64,000 bases of DNA from Acidimicrobiia bacterium (lineage in GTDB: Bacteria > Actinomycetota > Acidimicrobiia > Spongiisociales > ZC4RG35), in contig CBDFJY010000002.1 of NCBI GenBank assembly GCA_965248705.1, forward strand, positions 1,177,365 through 1,241,364, given 5' to 3'. Below, one piece after another: positions 40,008 through 50,794 of this stretch. Made by a program: the position numbers and the translations under genes. Position 1 is the stretch's first letter. Each line of letters starts with the position of its first letter. The notes under the pieces are model-generated. The model was not told the DNA's origin. It saw nothing but the letters and a program-made list of their open reading frames with translations, and did not search any database.

Positions 40008-40693
40008 GCGAGACTCCGATCCCGGTGGAGGTGGTTGGGGAAGACGAGGTGAGGCTGTCAGGATTGGAATGGCCCATCTCCGGACCACCCGTCCTATTCG
40101 TGCACGACCTCGGGGCTGATCTCGACCAGTGGGGTTCGCTCACCGGTGGATTGGCGGCGTCGGGATTTCGGGTGATCAGCCTGGAACTCTCCGGCCACGG
40201 CCTTTCCGATGGGGAACCCGATCCCGGCTCGATCTCCCGTGACGTGGGGGTAATGGTTGCCCAAGCCTCCGGCTTGTGGGGTCCTCTGGGGTTGGTCACC
40301 TGTGGGGAGAGCGCCAGGGGATCGGTAGGAGCAGGCGCCGCTGCCGGAGCGCCCGTGCACATACTTATCTCTCCCCCGGAGATGTCGGTCGAATTTATGA
40401 GGGGCGGGGAGAAGGCGATGCGGATCATCATGGCGGGAGGAGGCGACACCGAAGGCCACGCTGCCGCCAAGAGCGCTCATGATCACCTCCCGGGCCAGCG
40501 GATGCTAATGACCGTCTCGGGCGCTACCGAGCGGGGAGCGGCTCTGGCTGGCCTGCGCCCCTCCATACTGGAGGACATGGCCCAGTTCTTTCGCCAATAC
40601 CTGGCCCCCATCAACATGGCCTGGATAAGCCGCCGAGAAACCGAGACGGCCCAAGCTGGGGAGCAGCAAGACGATGAAGCCGCTAGCTTGTAG
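40004..40693 (+). CDS. Alpha/beta-hydrolase-fold protein, degenerate active site
   Basis: VLFVH...GFRVI...SGHGLS N-terminal signature; no GxSxG. Confidence 0.65.
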   Translation: MSETPIPVEVVGEDEVRLSGLEWPISGPPVLFVHDLGADLDQWGSLTGGLAASGFRVISLELSGHGLSDGEPDPGSISRDVGVMVAQASGLWGPLGLVTCGESARGSVGAGAAAGAPVHILISPPEMSVEFMRGGEKAMRIIMAGGGDTEGHAAAKSAHDHLPGQRMLMTVSGATERGAALAGLRPSILEDMAQFFRQYLAPINMAWISRRETETAQAGEQQDDEAASL

Positions 40694-40710
40694 AAAGACC
40701 GAGGAGAAGC

Positions 40711-41406
40711 ATGACTAATCGCCCCCCCTTTTACAAGCGAAGATCCGTGCGGATCGGTGCGGTGATCGTGGCCGTTCTAGGCCTTGCTCTGGCATGGTGG
40801 CTGATTTCCCCCCTGTTCATAGACAAGGTGGTGGACGAACCTTTCCCCAGAGCGGCCATGGCGGTTATTCCCAACGACATGACCGCCTCGGAGGTCGAAG
40901 ACGCGATGATGGAGGCAGAGGTCATCGACACGCGGGTCGAGGAAGACATGCCCGATTCGGACATGTCCGAATCGGAACCGCCCGCTACCACGACGGCAGC
41001 CCCCGAGACCACCGCTACCGAGACGACCGAGCCTCAGGCCGCAGAGCCCGAGGTCACGGGACCGGTGGCTGTAGCCACCGGCGCTCTCATGGACGCCGAC
41101 GACTTCCACAAAGGCTCGGGCCAGGTTACCGTGTACCGTCTGGAAGACGGTACCCATGTCCTCCGACTAGAAGACATCCAGGTGACCAATGGTCCCAAGC
41201 TCCACGTGATAGTCGCTCCTGCGTATGGGATAGCCAACCGCGAAGCCCTGCAGGGGGCCGGTTACATAGATCTGGGATCGCTGAAGGGAAACATCGGCTC
41301 ACAGAACTACGATTTCCCTGCCGACTACCAAGTCCCCGAGGAACTGACCGTAGTGATCTACTGCGTACCCTTCCAAGTGATTTTCGCCACCGCTGAACTG
41401 CGCTAG
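40711..41406 (+). CDS. DM13 domain protein with N-terminal membrane anchor
   Basis: VTNGPKLHV, DLGSLKGNIGSQNY, VIYCVPF. Confidence 0.88.
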   Translation: MTNRPPFYKRRSVRIGAVIVAVLGLALAWWLISPLFIDKVVDEPFPRAAMAVIPNDMTASEVEDAMMEAEVIDTRVEEDMPDSDMSESEPPATTTAAPETTATETTEPQAAEPEVTGPVAVATGALMDADDFHKGSGQVTVYRLEDGTHVLRLEDIQVTNGPKLHVIVAPAYGIANREALQGAGYIDLGSLKGNIGSQNYDFPADYQVPEELTVVIYCVPFQVIFATAELR

Positions 41407-41563
41407 CTGTGACATTCGGCGGGTTGCCCAACTCAGCTGGGATCTCGGTCCTCAGTGGGCGTGTTTCGAAAAGCCGGTGCAACGGAAGTTGGTGTCAACT
41501 GGTCGTCATTGACCTGGGGAGTGGTAGGATCAGGGTGCTGTTGACCTCTACGATGACAAGCAA

Positions 41564-41923
41564 GTGACCGTACTCCGGGTCGCACTTCGACTTCTGGCTC
41601 TGGCGCAATTGCCAATCGTTGCTCTTATGGCCGTGGCCGGCAGCTTCGCGGATGGCGGCCAGTGGTGGGTGCGGCTGATCTTGGTGGCGCTTCAGCCGGC
41701 GGCGGCGATATTCCTCGTCGTCTTGGTGATGAGCCGAAAGCAGTCGAAGAAGCTGATCAAGGCGACTACCGCGCTGCTGGCGCTCAATGTAGCCGCAGAT
41801 GTAGCCCTCTCTGTCGCCATTGGGACGGACCTCTTGAAGGGCGACTGGTTTCTACTCCTTATTTCTTCGATCATCCCCCTGATCGCCCTGTTCTACTGTG
41901 TTTCTCTGCTTCGCCGCTCATAG
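41564..41923 (+). CDS. Small hypothetical four-TM protein
   Basis: Four hydrophobic segments in 119 aa. Confidence 0.6.
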   Translation: MTVLRVALRLLALAQLPIVALMAVAGSFADGGQWWVRLILVALQPAAAIFLVVLVMSRKQSKKLIKATTALLALNVAADVALSVAIGTDLLKGDWFLLLISSIIPLIALFYCVSLLRRS

Positions 41924-41986
41924 CGGGATTCCTTCTGCTACTTCGTCAAAGCTCAGGCGAAGAAGGGGGCCATTCTCTAGGGTGTA

Positions 41987-43326
41987 TCACCGGGGAGGAT
42001 CCTTGGCTCCCGAGGAGTCGTCATCGGCGGACCCATTGTCGTTTATTTCCACTACGAAGTCGTCACCGATTCGCTCTATAACAGTTACGGTCATATCTCC
42101 CCAGGTATAACCATCGCCTATGCCCATCACATGCCCAACGGGATCGTTCGCGTCGATAGGGCTTGTTAGGTCGGCAATGATTGCTCGGGTTGGTCTTGCT
42201 GTACCAACGCAAGCTTCGTAGCCTGGGTAGTGGAAACAGTTCGGGGGTTGCTGTTCTATGAAATATGATTCAACGCCTTCTTTGGGCAACCCGGAGTCGA
42301 ATCCCTTTCTGACCCGTGCTCCTAGTGTGACAAAGCCACCATGATCCGACCTGAGCACCAGCATTTGGGTACGGTTGTCGCCAAGTGGACTGAGTGTGTA
42401 TCGGGAACTCCCACCTCCTCTGTAAATCGCCACCTCCGTGGGGTCCATCCAGCCGGCTGCGTATCTGTTGATAGCGATGGTGCCTATTTGCAGGCCCGAC
42501 ACGGCATCGTTGTCGCCCATGATTTCCATCGGGTTGTCATACCGAGTGAAGCGGTAAGAGTGAGGAAAACCGACCGCGTGTCCGAGCTCGTGGGGCAACC
42601 GTGGACAATTTTGGCGGTGTGAACCCTGCCACTAGATATGACGACAAACTGCCGTGTTCGGCCACTGACCTACCATCGAGGTATAGAAAGCGGGTGTTAT
42701 CCGAGAAGGTGGTTGCGCTCAAAGCCGCCTCAGCCGGCGAGATGTAGGATATGGTTCCCAGGCTGCCAAAGCTTGCGTAGGACACTTTGTTGATGATCAA
42801 AATTGTGGCCTCCGCTCTGTCTTCTGGTGATTTGCCGTTGGAAGCTTTCCATACCGGGTGGATGCAGTTGCCCGGGTTATCGAAAGACATTGCCTTTATT
42901 GTCCCGCCCACCCGGAAAACCGGGCGATAGCGGGCCCCCCGAAAGCCAATCGAAGTAGGGGTTTATTTCTTACTCCACCAGGTTGACCACTTCTTCGGGA
43001 GAGATATCCAAGTTTCCTCCGGCCACCTCGCAGACCCATACGTCCCAGAGGTCCTCGTCCAGGGTGTAGTGAGTGGTGAGATTGTATCCGGCGATCAGCC
43101 TCAGCGGGTCTGCTTCGTACAGAGCATCCGCAACCACCGCCGGCGCCGCAGGCAAAAGGAGAGCTATGTGTTTCAACATGGCTAAAGACAAAAAGACGGC
43201 TATGACGATAAATAGGGCTACAAACAACCGGAGCAAAGCCTCTCCCTTCTGGGCACGAGTCTCCCACTCTTGGATTGTTGTTTGCGCTCGGCAGATACTA
43301 CCCAGTGGTAATACGGTCTCCGTCAA
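41987..43326 (-). pseudogene. Secreted zinc metalloprotease (M6-like), disrupted
   Basis: Three pieces join into one protein with STVA/HELGHAVGFPH; TAA at 42970-42972, frameshifts near 42935 and 42594. Confidence 0.72.
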
Positions 43327-43372
43327 GGGGACCTGAGTCCGTCCCCTAACGGGAGCGGCTTCAGGAAGGGAC

Positions 43373-43693
43373 TTAGTCCCTTGCTACCACCACCGCGGTG
43401 CCTTGACCTACAAAGAGGAGCATCGACCCGGATACGTTCTCCATGTCGAGCCGCATGCCCACCACCGCGTTGGCCCCTATCTTCCCGGCTTCGGAGGCCA
43501 ACTCCGACAGGGCTGCTCGGCGGGAGGCTTCTAGGTCCTTTTCGAGCGATTTGCTTCGTCCTCCAAAGACATCCCGCATCCCTGCCAGGACATCCTTGCC
43601 GACGTGCCGTCCTGCCGTTACCTGGGAGAGGACGAGGCCCTTGTGTTCGATGATGGTGTGTCCGGCTATCCCGGCAGTGGTGGAGATAAGCAT
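43373..43693 (-). CDS. YbjQ/UPF0145 family protein
   Basis: RDVFGGRS, GANAVVGMRLD, GTAV. Confidence 0.9.
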   Translation of the reverse strand: MLISTTAGIAGHTIIEHKGLVLSQVTAGRHVGKDVLAGMRDVFGGRSKSLEKDLEASRRAALSELASEAGKIGANAVVGMRLDMENVSGSMLLFVGQGTAVVVARD

Positions 43694-43800
43694 GATCAAT
43701 TTCAGTCTATCAGTGGCCACCGCTCCAATCGCCGGGTGGGAAGCGGGTTGGTTCCGCCGAGGTTACGATATTCCTAACGGTCTTTGAAAGGAGTTGTCCT

Positions 43801-44670
43801 ATGACGGTGGTCGATGCCCATCTCCATCTTTTCGAGTCGATCTCCGAGCAATATCCGCGGGATGTGTTTGAAGGTCTGACCCCACCCGAGCGCCGGGCGC
43901 CAATGGACGAATACTTCGGCTACATGGAGCGGGCGGGAGTGGACAAGGCGGTGATCGTGGGGATCTCCCATCATGATGAGTACCTGCGGGAGGTGGTGGC
44001 CACCCGTCCTGACCTGTTCGCCATTGTGGGAGTGCAGGATGTCACCGCTTCCGATCAACTCGCCAACTATCGGGAGCGACGCCAAGCGACTCCGTTCCAG
44101 GGGTTCCGGCTGTTCAACCTCGATCCCGATCCTTCCCAGCCCGCCGACCAGATCGAGATGTTTCCCGTGCTGGAGCAGATGGCCGTCGATGGGGTGAAGC
44201 TGTGGTTCTATGCCACGGAGGAGCAGGCGCTGTTGCTGGATCGGGTGCTGGAGATGCTTCCCGACCTATCAGTGGTCATCAACCATCTGGGGTTTTGCCC
44301 CAGCATCTGGGATGAGATCAGAGCGGATGAATGGGGTCGCCCCCGATTCACTCTCGACCTCCCGCCCGAATCGCTGAGAACCATAGAAGTGATCGCCGCT
44401 CGCCCCAATGTGTTCGTTCACCTCTCCGGGCAGTACGCCTTCACCCAGGAGCCGTATCCCCATCCCGATGTTCAGTCGACTGTGGACGCTATCCATGGGA
44501 TTTTCGGGGCCGACCGGATGATGTGGGCCTCCGACTACCCGTGGATCGCGGTGGAGCCCGGCTATCCCGAACAACTGGCGCTGGTGGATCACTATCTGCC
44601 CGACCTCTCGGCGGCCGACCGGGATGCAATCCGGGGCGGGAACGCCATGCGGCTGTTCGACTTCTCCTAG
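43801..44670 (+). CDS. Amidohydrolase_2 family protein
   Basis: DAHLH, NHLG, RMMWASDYP. Confidence 0.88.
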   Translation: MTVVDAHLHLFESISEQYPRDVFEGLTPPERRAPMDEYFGYMERAGVDKAVIVGISHHDEYLREVVATRPDLFAIVGVQDVTASDQLANYRERRQATPFQGFRLFNLDPDPSQPADQIEMFPVLEQMAVDGVKLWFYATEEQALLLDRVLEMLPDLSVVINHLGFCPSIWDEIRADEWGRPRFTLDLPPESLRTIEVIAARPNVFVHLSGQYAFTQEPYPHPDVQSTVDAIHGIFGADRMMWASDYPWIAVEPGYPEQLALVDHYLPDLSAADRDAIRGGNAMRLFDFS

Positions 44671-44688
44671 GCAACGGCTCACCAGGAA

Positions 44689-45477
44689 GTGGACGATCCC
44701 GGCGTAGCCGATCGGCGCTTTCAGCCGGTTACCGTCCCCGACCCGAGGAGTTTTCCATCCCGGCCGATGACCATCCACGGCCTGGATGGTCGCCCCCCTA
44801 CCTGGATCCTGAGCCGGGACGGATCGGGGCCTTCCACCCGGCTCCTGGAGGTTTCCCCGGGGTGGGGGACATCCCGGAGCGGGTCTTTCAGCGGGGATGT
44901 GGAGGTGTTCGTTCTCTCCGGCCAGGCGGAGGCGGATGGCCATCTGCTTGGCGCCGATACCCTGTGGGGCGCCCGCGCAGGGACGATGGTGAAGGGGCTG
45001 GGGAGTACGGAGGGCGCCACCTTGCTGCTCTTCTCAGGCGCCCCCTTGCGATTCGTGGCTGACGAAGGCCCCGAGGACCCCGACCGCCCGGAACCGGTGA
45101 TAGCTGGTGAGAGGGAGTGGATACAGATGCCCGATGCTCCTCCCAACTCCCGGCAGCGGGATTTGGCGCCATCTCTCCGGGGTGGGCGATTCTGGCAGAC
45201 CGCCGGGGTGGATCTGCATCTCGACCGCTGGCATGTGGATCAGGATCCCGCTGAAGTGTTTGTGTTGGACGGAACCTGGCGGCAGGCATCCCACCGCCGG
45301 GATGGCGTGGAGGTCACCGAGTTTCCGAAGGACGGATATTTCTATAGACCCTCTGGTGTGTGGCATGGTGGAGTCCAGACCGGCACACCTACGGTGGCCA
45401 TGCTTTTGATCCGAGCCTCTTCCCAGCCGTCCCAACAGGCATCTGCCCCCGGCGAGTATCCCGCCCACCTGCGCTGA
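44689..45477 (+). CDS. Two-domain cupin-like protein (DUF4437/ChrR-like)
   Basis: Repeated EVFVLSG / EVFVLDG; YFYRPSGVWHG. Confidence 0.6.
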   Translation: MDDPGVADRRFQPVTVPDPRSFPSRPMTIHGLDGRPPTWILSRDGSGPSTRLLEVSPGWGTSRSGSFSGDVEVFVLSGQAEADGHLLGADTLWGARAGTMVKGLGSTEGATLLLFSGAPLRFVADEGPEDPDRPEPVIAGEREWIQMPDAPPNSRQRDLAPSLRGGRFWQTAGVDLHLDRWHVDQDPAEVFVLDGTWRQASHRRDGVEVTEFPKDGYFYRPSGVWHGGVQTGTPTVAMLLIRASSQPSQQASAPGEYPAHLR

Positions 45478-45696
45478 GGGTCGACTCTGACCAGACGCCA
45501 CGGGAAGCCCTGGTCAGGAGGGTCACCTTCCTCTGGAGATTCTCCATCCGTTCCTCGCATCGATCTCGTTCCCCGGGCACGTTTCCGCTCATGCAAACCG
45601 GCTGTCCAAGGGACCACCGGAGGCGCCGACTATATACTTGGTGAGCCCAGCGTCGCATGTCGACGACTTGCGGGGCGCCGAGGCCAGGAGGAGCAT

Positions 45697-46419
45697 ATGA
45701 GAATCCGGTTTATAGAACCTGTAGGGAGCGACCTGCACTCCAAACGCATGTTGTCCGTCCTCGAGAAGCACGCCTCGAGCGGTGTGATCATTGAGGTGCG
45801 CCACTTGGAACTACCCCCCGAACTCGCCGGACCCATGCTTCCCCTCGAGCCCCTCTACATGAACGAATTGATCGGCGCGGTTCTCCAGGCGGAACGTGAA
45901 GGCGTGGACGCCGCCATCATCGCATGCTGCGCGGATCCGGCGTTAATGGAGGCGCAGCGATGCGTCAAGATCCCGGTGATCGGTCCACTACAGGCCGCGG
46001 TCGCATTGGCTGCCGCCCGGGGCGCCAACGTCGGCATGCTGTCCCCCGACGAACACGGCCGGCGCAGGATCGCCAACTTGACTCATCGCATGCTGCGAGC
46101 CTACGGGCTTTCAGAAGCCTTCAGTTCCGTCGCGTTCGTGCCCATGCACCCCGAGGGCGAGGCGTCACTGGTTGGCAACACCGAGGTCACCGCGGAAATC
46201 GTCGAGGAGCAGTTCCGCCGCCAGCTTCACGCCGAGGGGGTTCCGACCGCCCGAGCCATGATCGAACGGGACCGTGTGGAGGCGATCTTCTTCGGATGCA
46301 CCCTCTGGGGAGGTATGGTCTGGGAGGTCGCTCACCTGATTGATGCGTTCTGTATTGATCCGGTGGTCGCATCCCTTCATATGGCCGAGGCGCAAGTCCG
46401 GATATCCCGCCTGTCCTGA
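45697..46419 (+). CDS. Asp/Glu/hydantoin racemase family protein
   Basis: IIACCADP, IPVIGP, FFGCT two-Cys pattern. Confidence 0.85.
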   Translation: MRIRFIEPVGSDLHSKRMLSVLEKHASSGVIIEVRHLELPPELAGPMLPLEPLYMNELIGAVLQAEREGVDAAIIACCADPALMEAQRCVKIPVIGPLQAAVALAAARGANVGMLSPDEHGRRRIANLTHRMLRAYGLSEAFSSVAFVPMHPEGEASLVGNTEVTAEIVEEQFRRQLHAEGVPTARAMIERDRVEAIFFGCTLWGGMVWEVAHLIDAFCIDPVVASLHMAEAQVRISRLS

Positions 46420-46620
46420 CCAAGCGTTACAAATCAAGAATTGGCCGAGCCGATTCTTAACAGAAGGCCTGTTAGCAGGGTCGTTGGCCATGTTGCATCG
46501 TATCTTCCCCCTTTCTTGATATTTCGCCAGCGTGGTGGCGTTTTGGGGTAGGTCACGGGAGTGGTATAGCCTTTGGCTTTCGGCAGGGCCGGGTCCCCGC
46601 TGTTGACGAATCGGAGGCTT

Positions 46621-47622
46621 ATGGGCAATGTGATTGAGACATCGGGTCTGGTGAAGCGATATGGCGATGTGGTTGCTCTGGACGGGTTGGATTTGTCTGT
46701 GGAAGAGGGGTCGATCTACGGTCTTCTGGGTCCCAACGGAGCGGGAAAGACCACTGCGGTTTCGATCCTCGCCACCTTGATTCTTCCCGATTCGGGATCA
46801 GGGCGGGTGGCTGGCGCCGATGTGCTCAAGGAACCCGGCCTGGTGCGGAAACGCATTGGACTATCGGGCCAATACGCGGCATTGGATGAGCACCTGACCG
46901 GATTCGAGAACCTGGACATGATCGGCCGGCTCTACCGGTTGGGCCGTTCCCGGTCGAGAACCCGGGCTTGGGAACTCTTGGAGATTTTCGATCTGACCGA
47001 GGCGGCAAACCGGCCGGTCAAGACCTATTCGGGCGGAATGAGGCGGCGGCTTGACCTGGCGGGCGCCCTGGTGGCATCCCCGCCGGTGTTGTTCTTGGAC
47101 GAGCCCACCACGGGCCTCGACCCCCGCAGTCGTATTGAGTTGTGGGGGGTTATCCGGGACTTGGTGGCAAGCGGTTCGACTCTGTTGCTATCCACCCAGT
47201 ACCTGGAGGAAGCAGACCATCTGGCGGACCGGATCATGGTTATCGACCGGGGTAAGGAGATTGCCCAGGGGACCCCTGACGAACTAAAAACAATGGTGGG
47301 TGGCGAACGTATCGAAGTTACCGTCGTCTCCTCCCATGAGCTTCCCAGGGCCCTGGAGTTGATGGAGCGATTTGCGGTAGGTGATTTGGTCCCCGATGAG
47401 CGGAACCGCAAAGTAACGGTTCCTGTCTCGGGAGGCGCCGCGGTGCTCACCGAGGCGCTTAGGGCTCTGGATCGGGCAGGTGTCGCCTTGCACGATGTAG
47501 GTCTGCGGCGTCCCACTCTCAACGATGTGTTCCTCACCCTGACCGGCCACGCGGCCGAGGCGGGCGAGAATCACGACTCTGCGGGAGACCGACAGGAGAC
47601 CAAGGGGGCAAAGAGATCATGA
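46621..47622 (+). CDS. DrrA-family ABC exporter ATPase
   Basis: GPNGAGKTT, YSGGMRRRLD, DEPTTGLDP, PTLNDVFL. Confidence 0.92.
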   Translation: MGNVIETSGLVKRYGDVVALDGLDLSVEEGSIYGLLGPNGAGKTTAVSILATLILPDSGSGRVAGADVLKEPGLVRKRIGLSGQYAALDEHLTGFENLDMIGRLYRLGRSRSRTRAWELLEIFDLTEAANRPVKTYSGGMRRRLDLAGALVASPPVLFLDEPTTGLDPRSRIELWGVIRDLVASGSTLLLSTQYLEEADHLADRIMVIDRGKEIAQGTPDELKTMVGGERIEVTVVSSHELPRALELMERFAVGDLVPDERNRKVTVPVSGGAAVLTEALRALDRAGVALHDVGLRRPTLNDVFLTLTGHAAEAGENHDSAGDRQETKGAKRS

Positions 47623-48425
47623 GAGGAGCGTTCTACCTGTTGGCCGATTCGTTAGTCATCGCCAAGCGAAACCTGATCAAGATCAAGAGAGTGCCCGATG
47701 TCCTGGTGTTCGTCCTGATATCGCCGATCATGTTCGTACTGCTATTTGCATACGTTTTCGGCGGGTCGATCGACATCCCCGGCGGTTCATACCGGGAGTA
47801 TTTGATAGCTGGCATCTTCGCTCAAACGGTGATGTTCGGCGCTACCTTCACCGGCGCAGGACTCGCAGACGACATGCAAAAGGGGATCATTGACCGGTTT
47901 CGCTCGCTGCCCATGTCCCAGGCTGCGGTTCTGGTGGGCCGTACGGCCAGCGACGTCGTTTATAACGTCTTGACCCTTTTGATCATGGGTCTGACCGGCT
48001 TGTTGGTGGGTTGGCGCATCAACAACGGTCTTTGGAGTGGCCTGGCCGGATTCGGTTTGCTGCTGGCATTCTCCTATGCCTTTTCTTGGACCATGGCTTA
48101 CATCGGATTGCTGGTACCCAGCGTCGAGGTGATCAACAATGCCGGTTTCATCGTGATCTTTCCCCTCACCTTCGTCGCCAACACCTTCGTTCCGGTGGAG
48201 AACCTTCCTTCCGTGCTGCGGGCGTTCGCCGAGTGGAATCCGATCTCGGCTGTGGCCCAGGCGGTACGGGAATTATTCGGGAACATCCCTTTCGGCTCCC
48301 CTGAACCCACCGCATGGCCGCTTCAGAACCCCGTTGTCTACGCCTTGCTGTGGGCGATGGTGATTGTATTGATCTTTGCCCCCTTGTCGGTGCGCCGTTA
48401 CAAGAAGGCTGTCAAGCGATCCTGA
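47619..48425 (+). CDS. DrrB-family ABC-2 permease
   Basis: GIIDRFRSLPM, WNPIS; six TM segments. Confidence 0.9.
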   Translation: MRGAFYLLADSLVIAKRNLIKIKRVPDVLVFVLISPIMFVLLFAYVFGGSIDIPGGSYREYLIAGIFAQTVMFGATFTGAGLADDMQKGIIDRFRSLPMSQAAVLVGRTASDVVYNVLTLLIMGLTGLLVGWRINNGLWSGLAGFGLLLAFSYAFSWTMAYIGLLVPSVEVINNAGFIVIFPLTFVANTFVPVENLPSVLRAFAEWNPISAVAQAVRELFGNIPFGSPEPTAWPLQNPVVYALLWAMVIVLIFAPLSVRRYKKAVKRS

Positions 48426-48978
48426 CAGAGGGTAAAGAGACCGGCCGTCAGGGCTGGAGGCCTCCCGCAGGAACATTCCGTCGGCAGGTTTGTCCCGCCG
48501 GACAGAAACGCCATCTTGGCATCACCAGAGGGTTTCTGGCAGCCGCTGATCCCCTGTACGGCCTCCAATGCTGTGAAGAAAACCTGTCGGAATCCCATGG
48601 CGAATCCTTGAAATTGTCCCACCCGCGGTGCATGTTGGAAGAGTCCAAAAATCGCCGGACGGTTCCGGGCCACCGGCAGTCATCAGTTCGTCTCTGGGGC
48701 GATTCCAATGAACTCCGGGAAAGGCGGGCATTCTGCCAAAGACCGGTTTCCGGTCGGGTGGGCCGCGTCCTGCCCGCGATTTGGACACGGATCGGTGGAG
48801 GCGGATCGGGGAGGCGGATCGGGTTGGGAATTCCCAAAATTATAAAGGTGTCTCGGGCGGCGGCGGGAAAGGCCAGGAGCCGCTGAGGGCATGACTCGGC
48901 GGAAGCCGCCGGGCGCCGCTCAAGGGCATATTGTGAGGGGGGCTTACACTTGGGCGTACGCAGAAACCGGGTGTTGCG

Positions 48979-49599
48979 ATGAATCAAGACTCTGAGATAC
49001 GCGGGGTGGCTCGACCCTCCGACGCAATGCAGAAGTACGGCGCACTCTTACTGGCAGCCGCGGTCTTTTTTGTCATCATGGCAGTCCCTGCCCGCACCGC
49101 TCATGCCTGCAGTTGTGTGGACCTTCACCTGTCCGAGTACGCCGATGATGTGGCCCTAGCCTTCGCTGGACGCCAAATCGAGCGAATCCTTCCGGAACCG
49201 AGCCCCGACGGAGTGTGGTCAAGTAAGGATCCGGTTACTTTGGTCTTTGAGGTGGAGCGGGTATACAAAGGCCGTTCTGCTTCTCAAATCGCCCTCCTCA
49301 CAATTAGGGGCGGGGGATCCTGCGGCGTCGACTTCGGCGGGGAAGGTGTGACAGGTGTTGCTGCGTTTGGCTCCACGGAGGGTCTCTATGTGTTCCTGTG
49401 CGGGTCTCCCGTCACGATCGCTGAACTCCAAGAAGTCTTCGGCGAAGGTTTTCTTCCGGATGAGACGCTGGCCCTGGAGTTACCGGATTCTCAGGATGTT
49501 GGGTCGCCGTGGGTCCGGACGGTGCTGGCCGGGGGTACCCTGGTGATACTTATCGGCATCGCAGTGGTGTTTCTCAAACGGCACAGGACGCGGGAATAA
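48979..49599 (+). CDS. Exported membrane-anchored protein with TIMP/NTR-like CxC domain
   Basis: Signal ending AHA then CSC; VERVYKG, GSCG; C-terminal TM with basic tail. Confidence 0.6.
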   Translation: MNQDSEIRGVARPSDAMQKYGALLLAAAVFFVIMAVPARTAHACSCVDLHLSEYADDVALAFAGRQIERILPEPSPDGVWSSKDPVTLVFEVERVYKGRSASQIALLTIRGGGSCGVDFGGEGVTGVAAFGSTEGLYVFLCGSPVTIAELQEVFGEGFLPDETLALELPDSQDVGSPWVRTVLAGGTLVILIGIAVVFLKRHRTRE

Positions 49600-49645
49600 C
49601 CGAGTTTGGAGCTATCCCGACGGAGGCTGTGGAAGTGCGCGGGGG

Positions 49646-50794
49646 TTAACCGCCTGATCGGATCGCCTTGATTATTCGAGAGACGCCTTCCAGCAGCAGT
49701 TCGGTGTCGGTAGCCAGGGAGATGCGGACATGGCTTCCTCCCCTGGGGCCGAAGGTGGTACCCGGCACTAAAGCCACCCGGTGTTCGGTGACCATCCGGC
49801 GGGCGAATTCGGTGTCCGACAGACGACTCTGGGAGATGTCGATCCACATGTAGAAGGCGCCTTCGGGTCGGGCGAAGGCGATGTCCGCCGCGGTGAGCAA
49901 CTCCATGACCCGGTCCCGGCGTTCCCAATAGGCGTCCCGCATCATCCATACGTCATCCTGGGGACCGCGCAGGGCGGTCAGCGCCCCCATCTGGGCGGGA
50001 GCGTTCACACAGGAGGTGACCGCTTCCTGGGACTTGCTGATTAGGGAGGCGATGTCGGGCCGCGACAGCGTATAGCCAATCCGCCAGCCGGTCATGGCAT
50101 AAGTCTTGGAAAAGCTGAAAATCGAGATCACGCGGTCGGGATCCACGTGATATGCCGAGTAGGCAGGCTTTCCGAAAGTGATGGCGTCGTACACTTCGTC
50201 GGAGATCACCCACAAGTTGTGACGGCGGGCCACCTCCAAGAGCTCTCTCATCAACTCCTCGCCAATCAGGGTCCCGGTGGGGTTGGAAGGGGAGACCAGC
50301 AGCAACACTCGGCAATTGGGAGTGATCACCTTCTCTATCTCCTCGGGGTTGGGGAGCCAACCGTCCTCGGGGCGCAGCGGGTAACGGCGCATCTCGAGGC
50401 CCTGGAGAGCGGCCATCATCCCGTAGTTGGGCCAGGTCGGGTCGGAGACCACCACCGCGTCCCCGCGGTCGCAAAGGGTCAGAAGCGAGGTGAAGAGCGC
50501 CCCGCACCCGCCGGTGGTTACGACAACATTCTCCGGACCGGCCGCGATCCCATTGAATCTGTTGAGTTTCTTTGCCACCTCTTCCCGGAGTTCGGTGATG
50601 CCGGCGTTGGGCGTGTAACCGGTGAATCCGGCCACGGCCGCCTCGCCCGCCGCCCGGCTGATGTGCTCAGGGGTGGCGAAATTGGGCTCCCCGATCTCCA
50701 GGTGAATCACAGAGGGGTACTGGGAGGCGAGGTCGTTGATCGCCCGGATGCCCGAACGGGGCATGGATGAGATGGTGTTGGAAGGCCCGAGCAT
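49646..50794 (-). CDS. Class I/II PLP aminotransferase (aspartate aminotransferase-like)
   Basis: IGEPNF, PSNPTG, SDEVY, SFSKTYAMTGWRIG. Confidence 0.92.
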   Translation of the reverse strand: MLGPSNTISSMPRSGIRAINDLASQYPSVIHLEIGEPNFATPEHISRAAGEAAVAGFTGYTPNAGITELREEVAKKLNRFNGIAAGPENVVVTTGGCGALFTSLLTLCDRGDAVVVSDPTWPNYGMMAALQGLEMRRYPLRPEDGWLPNPEEIEKVITPNCRVLLLVSPSNPTGTLIGEELMRELLEVARRHNLWVISDEVYDAITFGKPAYSAYHVDPDRVISIFSFSKTYAMTGWRIGYTLSRPDIASLISKSQEAVTSCVNAPAQMGALTALRGPQDDVWMMRDAYWERRDRVMELLTAADIAFARPEGAFYMWIDISQSRLSDTEFARRMVTEHRVALVPGTTFGPRGGSHVRISLATDTELLLEGVSRIIKAIRSGG

